Assembly: GCA_964016885.1 (NCBI GenBank)
Contig: OZ024749.1
Span: 35,402,001-35,466,000, forward strand
Source of the DNA: Eledone cirrhosa
Taxonomy: Eukaryota
Direction of reading: 5' to 3'
Length of the DNA stretch: 64,000 nt
In this document: in pieces, positions 53,386 to 64,000 of the stretch
Position numbering within the stretch: the first letter of the stretch is position 1
Layout of the letters: each line of letters opens with the position of its first letter
Notes under the pieces: model-generated
What the model was told of the DNA's origin: nothing
Databases searched by the model: none
Seen by the model: only the letters and a program-made list of their open reading frames with translations
Program-made: the position numbers and the translations under genes

Positions 53386-54138
53386 ATATCCTAATGTTAT
53401 TGTTCTAACCATTTAATCATGAAAGCTATGGGATCAAACCATTAGATGGCTTGAGGCCAGCACTGTTGTGGTTTAATGTTTCAACAAACAGCATATTTGT
53501 TTCAAGTCAAATGTTGCTTTAATCAAACAGTAGCTGTTGTTTCTTATATGTTTGTTATAACTGAAATAGTGAAGACACATGATTTAACAGTTAGAATGTT
53601 TAACCCTTTAGTATTTACATTACTCTATATATACTATTGTATTTTCATTGGTAAATAAGATACCAGTCCAGGGGGCAGTGGATTGGCAGAATTATTAAAG
53701 AGCCCAACAGAATACTTTGCATTATCTGGTTCATATCTGTGTGTTCTTAGTTCAAATCCCACCTCTTTCTGCTAGAAGCTGTGGCTGGCAGATAATATAA
53801 GCAATGGAAAGACTAATGCAAACATTGTTTCCTTAGTTCAAACTGTTGAGTTGCTTTCTTTTTTTGGTTTGTTTTATTTTGTAGCTATTGTTTGTTATGT
53901 ATTTGTTATTGACAGGGATACATTGGTAGATTTGTTAGTGTTTTTGACAAACTGCTTTGTGGCATTTGTTCCGACTCTGTACATTTTCAGTTCAAATCCC
54001 ACCAAGGTCAACTTTGCTTTTCATCATTCTAGGGTTTATAAAATAAAGTACCAGTCTAATACTAGGGCCAATTTGGTCATTTTCCACTTCCCTCTGCCAA
54101 ATTTGCTGACTTTTGTATATATGTATATATGCATATAC

Positions 54139-54234
<96 letters not shown>

Positions 54235-54779
54235 CAGAAAAGTCAATAACAAACAAACTACAAGGAAACAGTACAATACAGTAATGGTATATTAGTTTAA
54301 CACTTGATAGAGGTGGAAAAAGTGTTGTAATGTATTGGATGCAAGTCTTTCATTGGAAGTTAGAAACAGAGAGGAAAAAAGGATGCTTGGGAAAGAGGAG
54401 AGAAAAGGGAAACACATGAGAGTAAATACATAAAAACATACATACATACATCATCATCATCATCATCCATTTACACCCACTTATATACACCAGTCATTAT
54501 TTACTCTAGATAAATATTCAACAGAGGACAAGGTCATTAGATTGTTAGATTCACATTAAGTCATCTCAGAAATTCTGACACATAATAAATCTATTGGAAT
54601 TCAAACTGAATCAATAGAAAATCTAGAAATATATTGATAGCCAGTACCACTGTCATAAAATAGCCTGCTGGAATTTTTATATTAAAAAAAAATAATAATG
54701 ACAGCGGCAAGCCTTTCTAGCTACTGTGAAAATATGGAATAATTATAATATACTCCTTATATTAAATATATTTCCCTAA

Positions 54780-55946
54780 CTTATCTGTCTACCTACCCAT
54801 GTGTCTGTCTGTCTGTCTGCCTGTCTATCTATCTGCCTGCCTGTCTGTCTATCTATCTGCCTGCCTGCCTGTCTATCTATCTGCCTGTCTGTCTATCTAT
54901 CTATCTGTCTGTCTGTCTATCTATCTGTCTGTCTGTCTGTCTATCTATCTGCCTGCCTGCCTGTCTATCTATCTGCCTGCCTGTCTGTCTATCTATCTGC
55001 CTGACTGTCTATCTATCTGCCTGACTGTCTATCTATCTGCCTGACTGTCTATCTATCTGCCTGTCTGTCTGTCTATCTGCCTGTCTGTCTAACTATCTGC
55101 CTGTCTGTCTGTCTATCTATCTGCCTGTCTGTCTATCTATCTGCCTGTCTGTCTATCTATCTGCCTGACTGTCTATCTATCTGCCTGACTGTCTATCTAT
55201 CTGCCTGCCTGCCTGTCTAACTATCTGCCTGTCTGACTGTCTATCTATCTGCCTGACTGTCTATCTATCTGCCTGACTGTCTATCTATCTGCCTGACTGT
55301 CTATCTATCTGCCTGTCTGTCTGTCTATCTGCCTGTCTGTCTAACTATCTGCCTGTCTGTCTGTCTATCTATCTGCCTGTCTGTCTATCTATCTGCCTGT
55401 CTGTCTATCTATCTGCCTGTCTGTCTATCTATCTGCCTGACTGTCTATCTATCTGCCTGTCCATAAGAATGGAGAGAGAGGTGCTTGGCCACAGGCAGTT
55501 TTATGAAAGGTGGGTGATAGTGGCGAGAATGGCTCGTGTAAATGGGCCTTCTCTGTATACCATCCTGTAGGTAAAGAAGTAAAGGAGAGGGGAGCACCTT
55601 CTCCATGTGCTCCCCGGGCAAAGGATTGCACACTTTTTCGGGGGTGTGTGCAACCCCCATCACGTCCCCTCCCTTTTGAGGTTATTTTCGATTATTTTCA
55701 TGTTACACCCTTTTTACTCGATTATATGTAAACTCCCCCTTTGTATTTGTCCCTTCTTTTTATGCCTTTATGGTAAATAAAGAAATCTATCTATCTGCCT
55801 GTCTGTCTATCTATCTGCCTGCCTGTCTATCTATCTATCTGCCTGTCTGTCTATCTATCTGCCTGACTGTCTATCTATCTGTCTGTCTGTCTGTCTATCT
55901 ATCTGCCTGACTGTCTATCTATCTGCCTGTCTGTCTATCTATCTGC
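54780..55946. repeat. (TCTA/TCTG/CCTG)n tetranucleotide tract
   Basis: Direct reading; the tract hosts two Tx1-like inserts. Confidence 0.95.
55461..55787 (+). mobile_element. Tx1-like LINE 3' fragment
   Basis: Homologous to 56505-56838 (MEREVL...FYERWV.VARMAR.NGPSL plus 3' UTR); ends AATAAAAGAAATCTATCTATC. Confidence 0.85.
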
Positions 55947-56838
55947 CGGACCCGGCTATCGGTGGAGACTCTACCTTGTCATTCTATAGAGGGCTGATGG
56001 TTAGCAGGTGCGACGACGCCCTCGGAGAAACCCTAGGCATGGAGGAGGACGAACTGGCCAGCCTATTCGATAGGACTTTCGGCCCGGGACCTATGGACAA
56101 CTTCCAGAAGTCCTTGGCCTGGCAGTGCTACCGAGGGGCTCTGCCCGTTCGGGATAAGCTCTACAGACACGGGCGCCCGGGTAGGGACTCCTCGAAAAAG
56201 ATCTGTCCCAGATGCGTGCGCGATGAGGAAACCGTTGCGCATGCATTGGTGCACTGCCCGGGCGTTACCGATCTGTGGGGCTATGTCGAACAACGGGTGG
56301 GACCAATTAGGTTGACCACCGAGTCCATTGTAACGATCAAGCCGCCTCCCCCCCTTCAAAAATGAAGGAGAGGCGGTCTTCCTCTGTGTAATAGCCATGG
56401 TAAAAGAGGTTATATGGTGGACGCGTCTAAAAGGGCTGAGGTCGGACACCTTTCTTTCCGGCCAACAACTGGTCCTTTTCTTCCGATACCATTTCGGAAG
56501 AAGGATCAGGATGGAGAGAGAGGTGCTCCACTCCAGCCAGTTTTATGAAAGGTGGGTGAAAGTGGCGAGAATGGCCCGTATGAATGGGCCTTCTCTCTAC
56601 CTCAGCCTGTAGGTGGAAAAGGAAGAAAGGAGTACCCTCTCTTTGTGCTCCCGTGGAGAAGGGTCGCACATTTTTTTTCGGGGGTGTGTGTGACTCCAAA
56701 ACGACCCCTCCCTATTGAGGACCTTCTTGTTACAATTTTATTTATTACATTTTTCTTACTCGATTTATATGTAACCCCCCCCCCCCCCCATGTACATGTC
56801 CCTTTCTTTTGTGCCCTCGTGGCAAATAAACAGAAATT
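55947..56838 (+). mobile_element. Tx1/L1-clade LINE, 5'-truncated (zf-RVT C-terminus plus 3' UTR)
   Basis: FQKSLAWQCYRGALPVRDKL...CPRCVRDEETVAHALVHCP (CCHC zf-RVT), a frameshift, then VKEVIWWTR; GC-rich relative to flanks. Confidence 0.88.
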
Positions 56839-56854
56839 TATCTGTCTAACTATA

Positions 56855-56962
56855 TAATTGTTTCTACTTTTGGCACCAGGCCAGCAATTATCCCAGTGCA
56901 TTACTGGTACTTTATTTTATCGACCCCGTAAAGATGAAAGGCAAAGTTAACCTCGGCGGGAA
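56855..56962 (-). mobile_element. SINE family 2, truncated
   Basis: Matches the 3' half of the other copies. Confidence 0.9.
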
Positions 56963-57940
56963 TATAATGAATTCAAGTTAGTTTTTACACCAACCCAGTC
57001 AAAACCTAACTCTGCTTCTATGAAAGAAGCTACCCATTTTAAAGAATTCCTATTTATATTAAAATCTTTCAACATAATTTTATATAAGAACTATATGTTA
57101 AGTTATTATCTTGGTAATGAAATAATTAATAATTTTTAAAATCTCTCAAAATTCTTCACTAATTAATCGAAATAGAGGGTATTTCATTAGAAATATGGCC
57201 ACAAAATGGTTAACCATCTATCCATCTATATATCTATATATGTATCTGTGTATTTGATTTGCCATATAATTATTTCTAACTATTTAACACTCCATATATT
57301 AAACAGATTTACATAATTTTAACTATATCTCTTTATCTATCTGCTTGTCTGCCTGTCTGTCCGTCTATCTCAACATATAATTATTTCTAGTCAGCTTTTT
57401 AACATTCTCTATACTAAATATATTCACATTTAACTATCTGTCAGTCTTTATATTTGTTTGTATGTCTATCTTATTACATAATTATTTCTACTTAACTTTT
57501 TAACACACCCTGTATTAAATATATTCATGCTAACTTAATATTCTTTCCATGAAGTTTACTTACAGTCATATTTCTGCTCCGAGCTTTGACTACATAATCT
57601 TGATTTTCACTCCATCATCATCAAACATACAATTTTTTCTCAGAAAAGATTAAGTGTAAAAATATTTATGTATATATGTTTTAAAAATTGTCAGAATTAT
57701 ATTAATTTTGAAAGTTTTGAAAGGAAAAGAAAATTGTTTGTTAAAAATGACTGCAGAAATTATCTGCTCCTTAGAGAAGTTTTCTGTGTTAAAAAAAAAA
57801 AAGAATATAGTCACATGTTACATTTGATATTACATTAGCAAAGCAGGTATTATTTTTACTTGAGCTGTTATAATTTTACTGGAATCAGCATTTAAAGTAA
57901 AGGTTGTGTGTGTGAGATAGAGATAGACAAACAAACAGAT

Positions 57941-58012
<72 letters not shown>

Positions 58013-58461
58013 TGACAGATAAGCATATAGATAGATAAATAGATAGATAGATAAATAGATAGATGGATAGATAGAGCAGTACCTTTGTTTTGGCAATACA
58101 AAATAAAATAGAATCTCTCATCCCTCAAGGTATCAATCCATTAAAGGAAGTTGGGATTTATTTAAAAATACATATTTATTTTATTTTATGCCGTTTCAAA
58201 GAAGGGGAAAATAAAAGTTTGCCCACTTAGATGGAAGCAAAATTTTAATCTGCACAGCATTTATCTTCCTTACCTGACAGCAGATGCCATCTGTTGCACA
58301 GTGATGGGTAGCAGATAATGCATTATCAATATGGCAGATTTATTAGTTTTGCCAGGAGCTGCGTCACTTTAAAAACTTGCCAGCAGAGGGATTAGTGAGA
58401 AAGATATATATATATATATATATAGAACGAGAAATGTGAGATCTGACACACTACTCCCAGT

Positions 58462-58539
<78 letters not shown>

Positions 58540-59404
58540 GTAATAATAATACATATGTATGTGTTTGTCTGTATGTGTGTGTATATATATATATATATGT
58601 ATGGTATGTATATATATATACATAAAGAAAAGATATTAGAATAGAAGTCAAGATATTCGACCACCATAACAACAGTAACCACAACACAAACACCAACAAC
58701 AAGATAATTACAACAACAAAAAAGCTTCAGTTGTTCTTGGTTCATTTTTTCTTTAACCAATTCTACTTGTCAAAGTCTTCTTTCACCTCATTAGATCCAA
58801 GTGGAAATAATTCTCAGAATAAAGAGAAGGGACAAATTCAACATTGTGAAAGAAGGATGGCAACAAAAGTGATTGCAATAAAGGCAAGAAATTAAGTAAA
58901 ATAGTAATATTTGAAATATAAAGTTATATAAATATATCATTATCACCACCATTGCTTTCCTTACTAGCAAGGGTTGGAAGGGACTCTCATAGACTAAGTC
59001 AATACATAATCAGAGCTACTGATCTCTCTCAGCAAGGTTAAGTGTGTGGGTGTGTGTGTGGTTAAGTGTGTATCTCATTTATATATGTTTTCATACCCTA
59101 CAGAGTCTTATCATAGCACCAACAGTAGCGAGGTTGTAATATCTTTGACATAACTAAAGAACCCTCTCAACTCTTTCTTTTGTAAGTTTTCTACATGTAT
59201 CATGTATAATAGCTGTATCATGTATAATAAAACTACAGGCATAGCCATCTGGTTAAGTAGCTCGCTTTGCAACCACATAACTCTATTATGGCCTTAGTTT
59301 GACCAACTTCTTGTGAGTGTAACCGGATGTAGTTTATTGTACCACCAACACTTGGAAGTTTTTCAAGTCCTTGACACAACTGAAGTCTAAAGTCTAACGT
59401 CTGT

Positions 59405-59670
59405 CTTAAGCCAGAAGGCTCATTTGGCCGGTGCTTATCCCGGTTTCATGGCGTGAAGCAACTGAGAGGACAAGACTTCCCCCTGGACAGGATACCAGTC
59501 CATCACGGTTAAACCCCCAGCTATTGTTGGTTCTCATTTTCAGCTGAATATACTGAAGCAATGTAAAATGAAGTGTTTTGCTCAAGAACTCAACATGCAA
59601 CCCAGGAATCGAACCCACGACATTATGATCGTAAGTCCAACACCCTTACCACTAGGCCACGTGCCTCCAC
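59405..59670 (-). mobile_element. tRNA-derived CORE-type SINE with a different body
   Basis: Minus strand TGGCCTAGTGGTAAG...GGGTTCGATTCCTGG...TTCTTGAGCAAAACACTTCA; the body contains GATGGACTGGTATCCTGTCCAGGGG. Confidence 0.85.
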
Positions 59671-60183
59671 TGACACAACTGAAGAACCCTCTCAAATCTT
59701 TTGGCATAATTTCTATAGTTCAATGTCCTTCCTAACTTCAACCATTTTACAAAAATATCAAATTACAAATTACTGCGAGCAATAGCAGGCAATTCATGAC
59801 AGAAGAAGACTGCAGTGTTTCAAAACACAATATTTCAATATCTAAATGCATGTTAAATGCTGATTGTTGTCTAGACTTTGAAAAAAATGCATTACTAATT
59901 TTCTGAAATATCTTAGTCTGAGGGTACAAAAAACTATGAAAATCAATATAGATAAGCCAATAAATGAATTGGGCACAATTTTATGTTTGACAACGAGTTT
60001 ATTATTGACTTGTATCAGCATATGTAGAAATAAATTAAATGCTTCTATTGTGTTTTTAATGTATTGTAGAAGGGACACAGTGCTTTTGAGTTTTCTCTTC
60101 CTTTTTTCTTCTCATTTTCTGCATGTTTCTATAGTAACTGAGTGAATAAATTTCAACTTGTTTTTTTCTCTTGCCTCTCTTAC

Positions 60184-60240
<57 letters not shown>

Positions 60241-60615
60241 CTCTCTCACTCTCTTTCTCACACACACACACACACCCTTCTCTCTCTTTCTTTCTATTAG
60301 GATCTTAATCCATTGTCATCTGGTTTGCATCTTCAAAAAATTCTAAAAATAACATTGAGTTATTTAATTGAGAATCCTTTCATTTGCTACAGTTTCATCT
60401 GAAGTTCCACCATCACCAGCACCATTACTATTAACATTACCAGCACCATCACCCTCACCATCACCATTAACATCACCCTCACCATCACCATTAACATCAC
60501 CATCACCAGCACTAACACCAACACCATCACCATTACCGTCACCATCAGCATCATATGTACTAAAGTTAAATGTCTTCATTATTGAGTTACACAATCGTCT
60601 GCCATCCTTACCACC

Positions 60616-63362
60616 AGTGAGACATGGGCAGTGAATGTAGAGGATGTTACATGGTAGTGAGACATGGGCAGTGAATGTAGAGGATGTTACATGGTAGTGA
60701 GACATGGGCAGTGAATGTAGAGGATGTTACATGGTAGTGAGACATGGGCAGTGAATGTAGAGGATGTTACATGTTAGTGAGACATGGGCAGTGAATGTAG
60801 AGGATGTTACATGGTAGTGAGAGATGGGAAGTGAATGTAGAGGATGTTACATGTTAGTGAGACATGGGCAGTGAATGTAGAGGATGTTACATGTTAGTGA
60901 GACATGGGCAGTGAATGTAGAGGATGTTACATGGTAGTGAGACATGGGCAGTGAATGTAGAGGATGTTACATGTTAGTGAGACATGGGAAGTGAATGTAG
61001 AGGATGTTACATGGTAGTGAGACATGGGAAGTGAATGTAGAGGATGTTACATGTTAGTGAGACATGGGAAGTGAATGTAGAGGATGTTACATGGTAGTGA
61101 GACATGGGCAGAGAATGTAGAGGATGTTACATGTTAGTGAGACATGGGCAGTGAATGTAGAGGATGTTACATGGTAGTGAGACATGGGCAGAGAATGTAG
61201 AGGATGTTACATGTTAGTGAGACATGGGCAGTGAATGTAGAGGATGTTACATGTTAGTGAGACATGGGAAGTGAATGTAGAGGATGTTACATGGTAGTGA
61301 GACATGGGAAGTGAATGTAGAGATGTTACATGTTAGAGAGACATGGGCAGTGAATGTAGAGGATGTTACATGTTAGTGAGACATGGGCAGTGAATGTAGA
61401 GGATGTTACATGTTAGTGAGACATGGGCAGTGAATGTAGAGGATGTTACATGTTAGTGAGACATGGGAAGTGAATGTAGAGGATGTTACATGGTAGTGAG
61501 ACATGGGAAGTGAATGTAGAGGATGTTACATGGTAGTGAGACATGGGAAGTGAATGTAGAGGATGTTACATGGTAGTGAGACATGGGCAGAGAATGTAGA
61601 GGATGTTACATGTTAGTGAGACATGGGCAGTGAATGTAGAGGATGTTACATGTTAGTGAGACATGGGAAGTGAATGTAGAGGATGTTACATGGTAGTGAG
61701 ACATGGGAAGTGAATGTAGAGATGTTACATGTTAGTGAGACATGGGCAGTGAATGTAGAGGATGTTACATGTTAGTGAGACATGGGAAGTGAATGTAGAG
61801 GATGTTACATGGTAGTGAGACATGAGCAGTGAATGTAGAGGATGTTACATGTTAGTGAGACATGGGCAGTGAATGTAGAGGATGTTACATGTTAGTGAGA
61901 CATGGGCAGTGAATGTAGAGGATGTTACATGGTAGTAGACATGGGCAGTGAATGTAGAGGATGTTACATGTTAGTGAGACATGGGAAGTGAATGTAGAGG
62001 ATGTTACATGTTAGTGAGACATGGGCAGTGAATGTAGAGGATGTTACATGTTAGTGAGACATGGGAAGTGAATGTAGAGGATGTTACATGTTAGTGAGAC
62101 ATGGGAAGTGAATGTAGAGGATGTTACATGTTAGTGAGACATGGGAAGTGAATGTAGAGGATGCTACATGGTAGTGAGACATGGGCAGTGAATGTAGAGG
62201 ATGTTACATGGTAGTGAGACATGGGCAGTGAATGTAGAGGATGTTACATGTTAGTGAGACATGGGCAGTGAATGTAGAGGATGTTACATGTTAGTGAGAC
62301 ATGGGAAGTGAATGTAGAGGATGTTACATGTTAGTGAGACATGAGAAGTGAATGTAGAGGGTGTTACATGGTAGTGAGACATGGGCAGTGAATGTAGAGG
62401 ATGTTACATGGTAGTGAGACATGGGCAGTGAATGTAGAGGATGTTACATGTTAGTGAGACATGGGCAGTGAATGTAGAGGATGTTACATGGTAGTGAGAC
62501 ATGGGCAGTGAATGTAGAGGATGTTACATGTTAGTGAGACATGGGCAGTGAATGTAGAGGATGTTACATGGTAGTGAGACATGGGCAGTGAATGTAGAGG
62601 ATGTTACATGTTAGTGAGACATGGAAGTGAATGTAGAGGATGTTACATGGTAGTGAGACATGGGCAGTGAATGTAGAGGATGTTACATGTTAGTGAGACA
62701 TGGGCAGTGAATGTAGAGGATGTTACATGGTAGTGAGACATGGGCAGTGAATGTAGAGGATGTTACATGTTAGTGAGACATGGGCAGTGAATGTAGAGGA
62801 TGTTACATGTTAGTGAGACATGGGAAGTGAATGTAGAGGATGTTACATGTTAGTGAGACATGAGAAGTGAATGTAGAGGGTGTTACATGGTAGTGAGACA
62901 TGGGCAGTGAATGTAGAGGATGTTACATGGTAGTGAGACATGGGCAGTGAATGTAGAGGATGTTACATGTTAGTGAGACATGGGCAGTGAATGTAGAGGA
63001 TGTTACATGGTAGTGAGACATGGGCAGTGAATGTAGAGGATGTTACATGTTAGTGAGACATGGAAGTGAATGTAGAGGATGTTACATGGTAGTGAGACAT
63101 GGGCAGTGAATGTAGAGGATGTTACATGTTAGTGAGACATGGGCAGTGAATGTAGAGGATGTTACATGGTAGTGAGACATGGGCAGTGAATGTAGAGGAT
63201 GTAACATGTTAGTGAGACATGGGAAGTCAATGTAGAAGATGTTACATGGTAGTGAGACATGGGCAGTGAATGTAGAGGATGTGTAATGTTACATGTTAAT
63301 GAGACATGGATAGTGCATGTAGTAGCTGTAACATGGTGTTGAGACAGGGGCAGTGAATGTAG
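60616..63362 (+). repeat. 40-bp satellite, ~68 copies, derived from RTE coding sequence
   Basis: Unit ATGTTACATG(G/T)TAGTGAGACATGGG(C/A)AGTGAATGTAGAGG encodes [13 protein letters not shown](D). Confidence 0.95.
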
Positions 63363-63730
63363 AAGTCTGGACAGAAACAACTCAAGCTTGCTTTGATGGA
63401 TATGTGATGTTTATATGCATGAATGGCAAAGAATGGATCAGCTGTGCATAACAAGAATCAGCTATAGCATAAAACAAAAGAGACAATTGCACTGATATGG
63501 ATCTGTGATGCATATGGATGATGACTTTAGTGCAGAAGCACCAAGAGACTCCAGAGGAAGAAAGATGAAGTAGAGAAAGACCTAGAAAATCCTGGACAAT
63601 GGTAGTGAAAGCTGATCTCAAAATACTGAACCTCACTCATGATAGGATTAAGAAACAATAAGTATAGGGAGAATGTTCTGACAAAGACCCATCCAACACA
63701 TGCAAGCTCAATACAAGCATATGTAGACAC
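63290..63730 (+). mobile_element. Decayed RTE LINE continuing from the last satellite unit
   Basis: SLDRNNSSLL*WIC (compare [14 protein letters not shown]) ... RSRERPRKSWTMVVKADL, ending in CCCATCCAACACATGCAAGC. Confidence 0.8.
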
Positions 63731-63731
63731 T

Positions 63732-63824
<93 letters not shown>

Positions 63825-63837
63825 ATATATAGTTCCT

Positions 63838-63899
63838 GTCCCACCCTTGCAAGCAGGGAAAAGCGGACGTAAAATGATGATGATGATGATGATGATGAT
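63838..63899 (+). mobile_element. Solo RTE 3' tail
   Basis: GTCCCACCCTTGCAAGCAGGGAAAAGCGGACGTAAA(ATG)n; the same tail occurs at 22322-22370 (+) and 21298-21360 (-). Confidence 0.8.
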
Positions 63900-63910
63900 A
63901 TATATATATA

Positions 63911-63979
<69 letters not shown>

Positions 63980-64000
63980 CCTACCCTTGCAAGCTGGAAA

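Overview
Repeat-dense eukaryotic DNA with no recognisable host gene; it is probably intronic or intergenic. The SINE and RTE repeat types and the microsatellite load resemble octopod cephalopod genomes (inference). The window contains: (i) microsatellites and satellites with 88-, 108-, ~76-, 34-37/181-, 7- and 40-bp units; (ii) two tRNA-derived SINE families; (iii) 5'-truncated RTE LINEs with (ATG)n tails, Tx1-like 3' fragments sitting in (TATC)n tracts, and a decayed CRE-like restriction-endonuclease fragment; (iv) hAT-type and piggyBac-type MITEs. The most notable component is at least six families of short (TA)n-flanked fold-back elements carrying type I hammerhead ribozyme motifs (CTGANGA...GAAA...NTA). 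These often occur as back-to-back pairs on opposite strands, with stems that differ in sequence but keep their pairing, consistent with Penelope-like pLTR or retrozyme-like remnants. Two large satellites are tandem amplifications of the 5' end of a retroelement copy: a SINE Pol III head and the RTE 'LHGSETW' codons. All long ORFs in the track are low-complexity repeat artefacts. Coordinates were read by eye and may be off by a few bases.
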